Source: Veleropilina oligotropha
Lineage: Eukaryota
Assembly (NCBI GenBank): GCA_048128005.1
Contig: JBEUKZ010000100.1
Span: 620,001-643,050 of the forward strand
Direction of reading: 5' to 3'
Length of the DNA: 23,050 nt
Part shown: piece after piece, positions 1 through 8,745 of the stretch
Position numbering within the stretch: position 1 is the first letter of the stretch
Layout: each line of letters begins with the position of its first letter
Notes under the pieces: model-generated
What the model was told of the DNA's origin: nothing
Seen by the model: the letters and a program-made list of their open reading frames with translations, nothing else
The model's database searches: none
Program-made: the position numbers and the translations under genes

Positions 1-1
1 T

Positions 2-3000
2 GTTTTGCTTACGGGTGTCCCTGGGGTGGTACAGGATAGGTACCAGGGAGTCTGGGAAGTGCTCCTTGTGCCTCTGGAGCAACAGCTGTTGAGCCCATTC
101 GCGGACCTTCTGACGGCTGGTGAGGATTAGGTCGCCTGGCCTCCAGGTGTTGACGAACCGATCCCATCCAAGGCAGCTAGGGAGAGTCTTACGCAGTTCC
201 CCGCACTGGACTTTGTCGGGCTGGAGACGTATCTGTCTTTTCAGGGCTTGGAGGGCAGGGTCGTCTTTCGCCCTGTAGTCTACTTCGATCTCTTCATAGT
301 AATCCGCGGTCTGTCGCAGCCAATCGTGCGGCATCTCGCCCGTAATCGGTGGTGGCTGGCCTTGATCGCCACAGCAGATAACCTGAACTTCGTGGTGGCC
401 CAGCCAGTCCAAGAACATATCGAGGATAGGCCGGGGAACAGTACAGACCTCGTCCCAGATAATGACGCGGGGGATGAACTTCTGACCCATGCGATCGGGC
501 GTCCAGTCAGTCTGGCCGCTCCATCGGAAGAAGCTGTGGTAGGTCTGGGCTTTGACACCCCTGGTCCGCATCTCTTTAGCGAGGCGGTGGGTTGGCGTGA
601 ACACGATGGGGTTTCTCGCCCGAAAGATCTCGATCGCTCTCGTAGTCTTGCCACAGCCCCCTCCACCGTTGAGGTAACTCAGGCGATGGTGGGTCAGTGT
701 ATCATTGTAGCATGGCGCGGTGCTCGGCGGGAGGTCCTTTGCGGCACAACGATACTCTGGCTTGGGCAGGTATGCGGCATGTTCCTGTGGCAGGTACAGC
801 TGTTCGCCCTTGTCACGCCACTGGGCTGGTGCTACTGGCGGAAGGTACGGCTCCCCGATCAGACAGGAGACGCACGATTTCTCGCCACAGTCGCAGAGCT
901 GGGGGGCAACGTACGCCGCGACATCGTCGAGCTTCTCCAACGAGGCCTTCTTGAGGTAGATGCTGTCAGTGGCTACTCGGACAGCCTCGTCAGGGGTGAA
1001 ACGCTGAAGCATGCTCAAGAGGTTTATGTGGGCATAGGCCAGCATCGAGGCCCTCAGGTGGGCGTACTGTGGCTGAGAGCCATCATAGTACGTGAGGATG
1101 TGACCGAGGGGGCATCTCTGAGGAGCGCCAACCAGGGTGCCGCTTTGGCGGGTGTCTCTTACGAGGAAGTCGAGCTCCCCCTGGTCGGTCACCAGTCTAC
1201 GAGTCAATCGCTTTCCGTCAGCTTTGGCACCTTGGGTGAATTTGCCGATGATACTGCAGCCCTGGTCACGGTTCTCAGGAAGCCAGACATCGGTCTGCTT
1301 TCTGAATGCGATGATGGCTTCTCGGATCTTGAGGCTTTTTAGCAGTCCAGAGTCTACGAGGAAGGCGAGCAGTGGGGTCGGTGCCCAGCCATTCTCTGCA
1401 AAGTGCTTTCCGAACCAGGCGGGAATGACGGGGTGGATGTCTTGTGCGAACTCCCATTCCACGACCTCGGCAAACCCAGTCCCGATTTCTTGGGGAAGAG
1501 GACCGTTAATTGCGACTCGAGTCATGCTGTTGGTTGGGTGTCCGAATCTTTCGAAGTATGGCTTAGCCTCGCCCTTCCCCTGAAAGCTGGCAGGGTAGCA
1601 GGCTTTCATATCGACACAGACGACATCTCTCGTATCATAGCTCATGGAATTCCACAGGCCACCGTGACCATGCTCCACGCAGGCCTTCTGGATATCATCG
1701 AGCAGGCCCGCTGGGGTCGGCTTCCAGCCGTTCTTCTCCTTGGCCATAATGCTAGCTGCATGGTTCTCGCCAAAGGCTCGATCGGCAAGAGACTCATTCC
1801 CCAGCGCTGTACAGGCTTCTTGGAGTATCTCGTGAGTCTCTTTCGTCCTGTATGTGCGGCCGTCCTGCAGCACGAACTGGTTCACGCTGAGCTGTCGGTC
1901 TGTACCGCCAAGGAGCCAGACAGCCAATGGCTCATTATGTGTGGCTTGTCGGATAGCTTCCCAGACATCGCCCTCATACAGGTGGACCTCGCGAGACTGC
2001 GGAAAGTGCAACTCTTTGGACCAGGCGTGGCCGTTGTGACAGATGAGTTCTACGTTTCTGAATGTATGGTTTCCTTGACCACGGTATTTACCACTGTTGT
2101 AGATGTCGGCACCTGCGATGTCTCTCAAGATGATCGCCCGCTTCAGTATCTTCTCGAGGATGGATATATCATCCACAGTGGCGCCTGTTACATGGACTCG
2201 CTCTTCCCACTCCTGTATTTTCTGCCGCCTTGTCGGGGTGAGTCCGTTTCCTCTCAGGGCACCTTCGAAGTGCTCAACCACTCTTTGGGCAACGCAGTTG
2301 AGGTCGCCGTTCTTCATTGGGACCAGGTTGGCGGGGTTTGGTTCTCTGAGAGGGTAGAGGCCGTAGACGACTGCAGTGACCGGGTAGGCGTTCTCGTAAT
2401 AGACTTTGTCGACCCCAGTGATAGCACCCGGCTTAGTGTCCTGAGAGATCTCAAAGACACCCTGGCCCTTCTTTCTCGCAGCCTTCACCGGGTCAAACTT
2501 GTCTTCGACCATCCAGTCGCCTTCACCCCACTCACGCAAGAATTTTATTCTGAGGACAAACTCGCCCTTGGGAAGGGCTGCGAGGAGCTGTACCGCCCTC
2601 GCGTCTGTCATACGGGCATCCAGTGCCGGTGTGATCTTAATGTCCACTTCTACCCTCCATGTGGAGAAGGCCGCTGCGGCGCCATCGACCTCAAACTCGT
2701 CTTTGGCGTCATTCAAGAGTTCCACCCATGGCTCTTTTGCTGGGAGCCTTACTGGGGGAGGGACCTGGTCATCCAGGTCGATGAATCGTTGCCCCTCGGT
2801 TGTAGTAATCAGCCCTAGAAGATCCTTCTGGTAGTCCTGGGCTGTCCGGGGCTTTTTGGAGATGAGAAGATCGGGCCCCTTCCGAGCAATAGCCCGAGCA
2901 AGGGTCTCTTTCCGAGACCTAGTCAGACCGTGCAGGTGTGGCTTGACGATTCGATCCGTGAGGTTACGAAGTGGCCGCTGTCGAATCCCGGGCTTTTTCT

Positions 3001-3268
3001 CAGCTCGGATTTCGTATTTACGAGCCTTCAGGGCGACGTCGACCTCGTCCTTAAGCTGCCGCAATTCGCGAGCACGACGGCCTCTTTTGTGGGGGTTCTC
3101 CACATCTCCACGTATGGAGGGGAACCTTCCCGTTTTCATCGCCCGCTCGAGTCTCCTCCGAAACTCCGCAGCACGGACCCTGGCTATTGCTCTGATGAGG
3201 TCGTGCTTCTTGAGCTTCGACCGAGCGGGAATCCCATAATATTTCGCTAGATTGCGCAGGTCATCCAT
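2..3268 (-). CDS. Polinton-like virus/transpoviron-type replication protein: HEH(Rho_N-like) - putative terminal protein - vOTU-like protease - pPolB palm (no exonuclease) - SF1 helicase; 3' end runs off the window
   Basis: Manual minus-strand translation from ATG 3268 shows no stop to the window edge (1089 codons). N-terminus is MDDLRNLAKYYGIPARSKLKKHDLIRAI. Protease-like motifs: GDLNCVAQRV (Cys 2294-2296) and ICHNGHAW (His 2027-2029). PolB motif A-like VDMKACYP (1592-1615), motif B-like SIIGKF (1238-1255), motif C-like ATDSIY (956-973). Helicase: Walker A GGGGCGKTT (641-667), Ia FTPTHRLA, Ib TYHSFF, Walker B IIWDEV (446-463), motif III CCGDQGQPPPI (344-376), IV-like YRAKDD. The long + strand ORFs in the track are its in-register antisense shadows. 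Confidence 0.85.
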   Translation of the reverse strand, partial: MDDLRNLAKYYGIPARSKLKKHDLIRAIARVRAAEFRRRLERAMKTGRFPSIRGDVENPHKRGRRARELRQLKDEVDVALKARKYEIRAEKKPGIRQRPLRNLTDRIVKPHLHGLTRSRKETLARAIARKGPDLLISKKPRTAQDYQKDLLGLITTTEGQRFIDLDDQVPPPVRLPAKEPWVELLNDAKDEFEVDGAAAAFSTWRVEVDIKITPALDARMTDARAVQLLAALPKGEFVLRIKFLREWGEGDWMVEDKFDPVKAARKKGQGVFEISQDTKPGAITGVDKVYYENAYPVTAVVYGLYPLREPNPANLVPMKNGDLNCVAQRVVEHFEGALRGNGLTPTRRQKIQEWEERVHVTGATVDDISILEKILKRAIILRDIAGADIYNSGKYRGQGNHTFRNVELICHNGHAWSKELHFPQSREVHLYEGDVWEAIRQATHNEPLAVWLLGGTDRQLSVNQFVLQDGRTYRTKETHEILQEACTALGNESLADRAFGENHAASIMAKEKNGWKPTPAGLLDDIQKACVEHGHGGLWNSMSYDTRDVVCVDMKACYPASFQGKGEAKPYFERFGHPTNSMTRVAINGPLPQEIGTGFAEVVEWEFAQDIHPVIPAWFGKHFAENGWAPTPLLAFLVDSGLLKSLKIREAIIAFRKQTDVWLPENRDQGCSIIGKFTQGAKADGKRLTRRLVTDQGELDFLVRDTRQSGTLVGAPQRCPLGHILTYYDGSQPQYAHLRASMLAYAHINLLSMLQRFTPDEAVRVATDSIYLKKASLEKLDDVAAYVAPQLCDCGEKSCVSCLIGEPYLPPVAPAQWRDKGEQLYLPQEHAAYLPKPEYRCAAKDLPPSTAPCYNDTLTHHRLSYLNGGGGCGKTTRAIEIFRARNPIVFTPTHRLAKEMRTRGVKAQTYHSFFRWSGQTDWTPDRMGQKFIPRVIIWDEVCTVPRPILDMFLDWLGHHEVQVICCGDQGQPPPITGEMPHDWLRQTADYYEEIEVDYRAKDDPALQALKRQIRLQPDKVQCGELRKTLPSCLGWDRFVNTWRPGDLILTSRQKVREWAQQLLLQRHKEHFPDSLVPILYHPRDTRKQN

Positions 3269-3288
3269 GTTGCATGGGGGGTATACGT

Positions 3289-3307
3289 TATGACACTACA
3301 ACACAAG
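3289..3307 (-). promoter_or_regulatory. Putative element promoter motif, copy 1 (minus strand CTTGTGTTGTAGTGTCATA)
   Basis: Lies about 20 bp upstream of the ATG at 3268; 17/19 identical to the copy at 3651-3669. Confidence 0.5.
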
Positions 3308-3324
3308 GCTCTAATTGGAACTTT

Positions 3325-3624
3325 TTATGTCGTGCGCGACAGCAACTCGCGCAATACTGCGCCGTAGAGACGGCGAGCTCGGTTTTTAGTGTTTATGAGA
3401 GCCTGGGCGGCACGATGACCTCCACATGGTCTACACACCAGAACGGCCGATTTCGTGCCCTTGCCACATCTCTTACATGGCGGGGGCGATGTTATACCCA
3501 TCCGAATTTGCCGTCGATGAGCATTGCAAAATTCGTTGACGCAGCTACGACCACAAACTCCAGCGGCATTAACTGTCAACCAAGGGCATACATTATTTCC
3601 CCACATATTGATAGCGGTTATCAT
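3325..3624 (-). CDS. Small Cys/His-rich putative zinc-finger protein of the virus-like element (99 aa; alternative start at 3606)
   Basis: CPWLTVNAAGVCGRSCVNEFCNAH followed by CKRC-x10-CRPC and a basic helical tail. Same strand as the replication gene, ends 56 bp upstream of it, and is preceded by the same 19-bp motif. Confidence 0.6.
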   Translation of the reverse strand: MITAINMWGNNVCPWLTVNAAGVCGRSCVNEFCNAHRRQIRMGITSPPPCKRCGKGTKSAVLVCRPCGGHRAAQALINTKNRARRLYGAVLRELLSRTT

Positions 3625-3650
3625 CGCATATACCAGTCTCTAATATAGAG

Positions 3651-3669
3651 TATGACACTAACACACAAG
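3651..3669 (-). promoter_or_regulatory. Putative element promoter motif, copy 2 (minus strand CTTGTGTGTTAGTGTCATA)
   Basis: Lies about 26 bp upstream of the ATG at 3624; 17/19 identical to 3289-3307. Confidence 0.5.
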
Positions 3670-3776
3670 AGCCCGGGCCGGCGAGGGTAGTGGGCCGTCC
3701 CTGGGGGCTCTTACTACATGCTACTATATCGGTCTGTACACACGGTGACTTTTGTAATACAATCCCTACCCTCGGG

Positions 3777-3882
3777 TCTGAAATAGGGCTGGGAGCCCCC
3801 ACCCCCGGGCCCCCGGACCCCACCCTAACTCCCTAGTTCCCCACAGTAATACCAGCTCAGTTCTGAAATAGTGCTGGGAGCC
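3777..3882. repeat. 21-bp subterminal direct repeat pair in the putative terminal region of the virus-like element
   Basis: TCTGAAATAGGGCTGGGAGCC (3777-3797) and TCTGAAATAGTGCTGGGAGCC (3862-3882), 20/21 identical, each with GTAATAC shortly upstream. Confidence 0.8.
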
Positions 3883-3956
3883 TTATTTTTCCATTCTAAA
3901 AAGTCTACTGACCCCCCCTGCTGCTCATTCTTTGAATGATATTATCTTTAATTTCA

Positions 3957-4061
<105 letters not shown>

Positions 4062-4070
4062 ACTAAATAA

Positions 4071-4316
4071 GGCACGCTTCGACAGCTGTGTGGTATCAGT
4101 TGTGGACACCGAACAGTAGTGGGTTCAAACCTTGGTGGGGACAGCTCACATTTGTTCAAGTTATGAATCACAGTTGTTCGTGACTGGTCGGAGAGGTTGG
4201 GTTTCCCCGGTCGACCGGGCTTTCCTCCCGCGATAATACGGATATGTCCTGCTTTGAATCAAATGATGGTTGGAAATATACAGGACATTAAGCATCGATC
4301 CTTTCCTTTTCCTTTT
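4071..4316 (+). mobile_element. tRNA-derived SINE, diverged copy of the family at 7967-8224
   Basis: Shares CGAACAGTAGTGGG, CACATTTGTTCAAGTTATGAA, CACAGTTGT..GTGACTGG and ATATACAGGACATTAAGCAT with 7967-8224. B-box-like GGGTTCAAACC; pyrimidine-rich tail CTTTCCTTTTCCTTTT. Confidence 0.75.
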
Positions 4317-4674
4317 GTAATATAAATATTTCAATTGAATAAATAATCATCCATTAACCCAGTAACAATTTTCCTGGTCAAAAATAGTATTGACTTTATA
4401 TATATCGTAATTTGATGTCACTGCATCTATGTCTTAATTTTGTACTTGTCATATGTGTTTTGATCATTTAACAATATTATAATCTGCTAGGCGCATTCCC
4501 CCACAAGGAAAAATGGCGCAAGCAGCCGCATCTATGCATGCGTAAACAGTATTAATCATCCGTAATTATTTCCCTTTGAGTGATAATGCGTCTGAAACAA
4601 TATATGCAAGCGACAGGATTATACGAAATATTTTAAAAATCATTCCGCTATCACCAATTTTAATGTTGTAATGG

Positions 4675-6309
4675 TTAACAAACTGGCGCAGATTGAAACA
4701 GTTTGTAGATACTGACAAGCAGGAACATTACGATGCTAGCTAACGTGGACCCAATCTGAGTATTGACGCCGCACCACAGTAACGCCTTCCGGCCTCTGTC
4801 GCGCAACATGTTGGCAATGCAAACTTTGGAGTAGTTCATCAAAGCACTAATCAAAGCCGACGATAACACCTGGAAAAGGAATACAACCATTTAAGAGAGC
4901 AAACACTTCCATAGTAGACTAGCTAATCGTTCAGTAATACTGTATGTATGTTTTAACTTTATCAACTCTCCGAACCAAATGTGCTGAGGCAACTCATTAT
5001 ATTTGAAAATAATTATGCATATTTTCAAATGCCTAGCAAGCCTATCCCACCAACCCAAGATGGCCCAAAGGCATTATCGGTAGACGAATGATCTTACATT
5101 ACTGTACTTAATACTTACCACAATAACTACTCCAGCAATTTCATGTTGTAATGGCGGATTGGGACTTACGGATGCTAACCACACCTGAAAGCCACAGAGA
5201 CATGTTCCAAGAAATGTCATTATGGTAATGCCAGCAATGGACCTTGTGGAAAAGAAGAACGCAATGCAGCAAACTATAGGGTTGGCAACACTACTTGATA
5301 TCACTGTCCAGTGCAATGCATTGTTGCCATACGGTAGTGTTGAATACGTCTGAATCGACGGCACAACACCGTTTGTTAACATACTGATTAACGCTATTAA
5401 AACAAGAAGATACACATAGGCTTTATACGTTAACTGTGCTCTTTCCTGTTTGGCTTGAAGATTGTCATATTCTGGGTTGAGAAATTCGGACGAAGACTGT
5501 GAAGCCCTGGCTACTTTATTGTGATTTGTGGAAATGTTTTCACTTTCGTGGTCACTACTGCTCTGGTCGGGATCCTGTAAGGTTTCGTACCTTAGGTGCT
5601 CACTTTTGCATTGTGGCAAAAAATTCAGTAGTAAAAAAGCAATAGCACTGATTACCATCATGGCGATGAGAAAAATAAAAAATACGTCAACGGAAAAATT
5701 CGGTGGAGTATACACAGGAACTATGTCATAATTAGTTTCATTGTACCACGTTCCGTTAATCTCGGTGTCGTTGATTATCGTTTTGTTTACACAATTTACA
5801 TTACCAACTCCCTGACCCAGAGCGACTAAGGCTGGAAGCAAACCACTTAGACTCTCTCCAATGTACAGAGCCGTTAAATATTGCGGTTTGAATAACATCA
5901 TGAAAGGTAGATACACCACACTGGACGTTGTGTCCACCAAGCTTATGAAGAATTGTAGTATTATGAATGCGGTACCATGTTCCTCGCCGCCGATAATAGT
6001 CGTTCGGTTCCAGAAGAAATGCATAAGAATACAGGATGTGGTTCCTATAAACAGAAGTATGCATGCGACCGGCTTCTCGTTTACGACTTTGGGGACCAAC
6101 AAATGACCGACGGTATACGCGATGGGTCCGATATTTGCGACACCCACGATGATCGTTATGTATGAGGGGAGATTCCATCCCTCTGGGAGCTTCTCGACTA
6201 AAAGCGGCAACTCGACCCAAACGCCATTGACAGCAATCCAGGACGATATTCCGAACAGGATAACAAGCACATAGACAAGGGCCGAGATTCTTTTCTTATA
6301 ACAAGGCAT
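4675..6309 (-). CDS. SLC52A3: Solute carrier family 52 riboflavin transporter (RFVT/SLC52A3-like); coding exons 6309-5119 and 4869-4675, 461 aa
   Basis: N-terminal LFGISSWIAVNGVWVELPLLVEKLPEGWNLPSYITIIVGVANIGP and C-terminal ALLWCGVNTQIGS..MF....YKLFQSAPVC match the SLC52 family signatures, with multiple hydrophobic helices. A phase-0 intron (GTAAGT donor at 5118, TTTTCCAG acceptor ending at 4870) joins GVVIV to VLSSAL. The A3 paralog label is nominal for an invertebrate. Confidence 0.93.
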
Positions 6310-6762
6310 TGCTTTCTTCTCGATGTCTTCCTCTGAAAAGACAAAATTATAAGTGTTTCACGCCAACATAACCGATATCCTGATTACCGCATATCCTTGA
6401 ATAAAGGCCGGCTTCCTGAAATATAAGTGCCTGTCTTGAATAATCGCAGACGAAATATTACAGGCTGCTCTGATATTTTTGCTGTTTGTATTATATTTGG
6501 TCAATATTCACAGTGGGGGTTATTTTTGTGGCTGAGCTGAACGATTGAATATTATGTCTACATATAATATTTTAAAAATAATCGCCGGATCAAAGTACCC
6601 TGCGTGTACACTAATGAATGATATATGGTCATATCAGGAAATGTGGATTGGCGAAGATATCATCATCGGGTCTGGGTGTACTGATGGTGACGTCATACAA
6701 GTATTACAAGTATGTATGTATAGATTATATGCTATCAAGGATGATAATGACGCCATGTATTT

Positions 6763-8532
6763 AACTAGACGCTCAGTCACGAGTGACCACATATGTATCC
6801 CCCGGTAATGACCTGTCTAGAGCGGCCATCTTGGAGATCGGACCACACACAAAATCTATAGGTGTCGTGTCCTCACCCAAAACAATGCACATACCAAATT
6901 TGAAAACATTCCGTTAAGAAACTAGTGCAATCACAAGCAATTATGGTGGTCGTGGCGGCCATCTTGGAGGGCAGACCACACCCAAAATATATGTTGTTTT
7001 GTGCTTACTCGTAATGATACTTGCAAAGATATAAAAAATAATAAAAGATTTAAGTTTGTTTCTACAAATTTCATTAATATATACATATGGCCACTCTAAA
7101 TCGAATACCGCAAATTTCAGGTCTGTACACCACGTCGGTCTCGAGTTCTGGCCTTTTTAAGAATTTAAAATATCTAAGCTCTAGCATCAATATTAACCGG
7201 GTTGGCCATTTCCTGACCATTTTCTGGCAAACATGTCATTTTCCTTAATTAGGTCATTTCCTGCAATGTAGGTCAACTGATGGCAAAGGTCAAGGTCACA
7301 TGTGAAAGATCAATCATGACTTCCCATAGGCTCCCCATAGTAACTATGTGTCCACGGTGCATCATTTTTTATATATTGCTACTTAAAAGAAATGCTTTAA
7401 TTGCCGCCGAGGCAATAGGAGTTCATTTTATCCATTTAATATAGGCACACATATATCCATTTTCCCTTAATTAGGTCATTTAGAGCAATGTAGGCCATCT
7501 GAGGTCAAAGGTCATGGTGGCCTTTGAAAGCCCAACCATGACTTCCCATAGGCTCCCCATAGTGGTCATGTGTCTACATTGCATCATTTTCAAGATATAG
7601 CCATTTTATTAAGACCCTTAAAATTAAAATCCAAAATGGCCGCCGGTTAAATTTAAAAATCAAAAATCAATTCCATGACATTTTAGACAATTACCTCTGG
7701 TATCTGAATATATAAATCATGTCACGCTAGGTTAAATATTAACAAATTTATAAAAGAAATTAGTTTTCTAATGAAATTCACGATGGCCGCCAAAATATTG
7801 GGGTCACGTGACCCAAAATATATTGGTGTCGTGTCCTCGCCCCAAGAAATGGCTTGTCTAGAGCGATCACAAAGAATTATGCTTAAAATCCAAGATGGAC
7901 GCCACAGCGGCCATCTTGGAGGTCGGACCACACCAAAATCGTATAGGTGTCGTGCCCTCACCCCAAGGCCGCTTCGGTAGCGCAGTGGGTAGAGTGTCCA
8001 CTCTAAATTCACTGGCTTGTTTCCGCTGACGCGAACAGTAGTGGGATCGACCCCCGGCTGAGGCAGCACACATTTGTTCAAGTTATGAAGCACAGTTGTC
8101 CGTGACTGGCCGAAGAGGGCGGGTTTACCCGACGACCGGGGTTTCATCCCGCGATAACACGGACATGTCCTGCCTTGAACCTCGATGTTATAAATATACA
8201 GGACATTAAGCATAATTCCTCCTCCCCTCACCCCAACCAATGCACATACCAAATTTGAAAACATTCCGTTAAGAAACGGCCTGTCTAAAGCGATCACGAG
8301 GAATTATGCTTAAAATCCAAAATGGAGGCCACGGCGGCCATCTTGGAGGTCGGACCACACCCAAATTATATAGCTGTCGTGTCCTCGCCCCAACCAATGC
8401 ACATACCAAATTTGAAAACATTCCGTTAAGAAACGGCCAGTCTAGAGCGATCACGAGGAATCTCTCGACGGACGCGGCGTAACGGACGCTAAACAATAGT
8501 ATCCCCCGACACTTTCGTTTCTGGGGATACAA
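6763..8532 (-). mobile_element. Non-autonomous Helentron-type element (HINE/DINE-1-like) with internal tandem repeat arrays
   Basis: The minus-strand 5' end is TTGTATCCCC with a nearby inverted copy (8499-8508 vs 8523-8530) and a GTCC-like stretch. The matching subterminal repeat TGTATCCCCCG is at 6794-6804, followed by the hairpin GTCAC-GA-GTGAC (6776-6787) and a CTAGTT 3' end. Internal units GGCGGCCATCTTGGAGGTCGGACCACACC... occur near 6823, 6955, 7908 and 8334; a second unit type (ATGACTTCCCATAGGCTCCCCATAGT) occurs twice in 7240-7600. Confidence 0.72.
7967..8224 (+). mobile_element. tRNA-derived SINE with 12-bp target site duplication, inserted into the HINE tandem unit
   Basis: tRNA-like head GGCCGCTTCGGTAGCGCAGTGGGTAGAG (A box) and B-box-like GGGATCGACCCC; TTCCTCCTC tail. 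TSD CCCTCACCCCAA at 7955-7966 and 8225-8236. Confidence 0.85.
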
Positions 8533-8745
8533 TTAGTATGTTATATCATGCTTAAGGCTGCATGCTGTATTTTGTATGTACACCCATACAGATCCGAAAA
8601 TATTCAAAAAAATAGAATTGCACAAAAATATCCAACACCAACGCATAGGTATAATAAAAATGTGCAATGACAACTATGTACACAAAAAATCGGTACCGAA
8701 AACTTTAACCAAAATATCTGTGTATAAAAGCAACATTTTCATGCA

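Larger units (their letters stand above)
1..3909 (-). mobile_element. Right-hand part of an endogenous Polinton-like virus / transpoviron-like linear DNA element
   Basis: Visibly GC-rich, intronless, tightly packed genes against an AT-rich host flank, carrying the pPolB-SF1 helicase gene. The minus strand read from 3909 is AGTAGACTTTTTAGAATGG, resembling the 5'-AG(T/A)AG termini of Polintons. The other end and any TSD are not in the window. Confidence 0.7.

Noticed and set aside
2..700. Interpreting the SF1 helicase as a Helitron RepHel or host PIF1
   Set aside because: I see no HUH/Rep motifs upstream. PolB-like and OTU-like motifs precede it instead, and the gene is intronless and GC-rich in a virus-like cassette.
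248..3250. Long + strand ORFs 248-1342 (364 aa), 1403-2818 (471 aa) and 2930-3250
   Set aside because: All lie in exact codon register antisense to the minus-strand replication gene and have no recognisable motifs. They are shadow ORFs of a GC-rich coding sequence.
3261..3275. Alternative ATG at 3275 for the replication gene
   Set aside because: It is out of frame and reads ATG CAA CAT GGA TGA, a four-codon ORF. The long frame starts at 3268.
5074..5118. C-terminal VSIKYSNVRSFVYR of the 411-aa ORF as the true SLC52 end
   Set aside because: It is intron read-through after the GTAAGT donor. The family-typical C-terminus is in the 4869-4675 exon.
7967..8060. tRNA genes at the SINE heads (also 10091-10175 and 15070-15155)
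   Set aside because: A and B boxes are present, but there is no cloverleaf or acceptor stem, and they continue into SINE bodies with tails and, in one case, a TSD.
6815..8460. CRISPR-like repeat-spacer array
   Set aside because: The units are long, degenerate tandem repeats inside a Helentron-type element in a eukaryotic genome, with no unique spacers and no cas genes.
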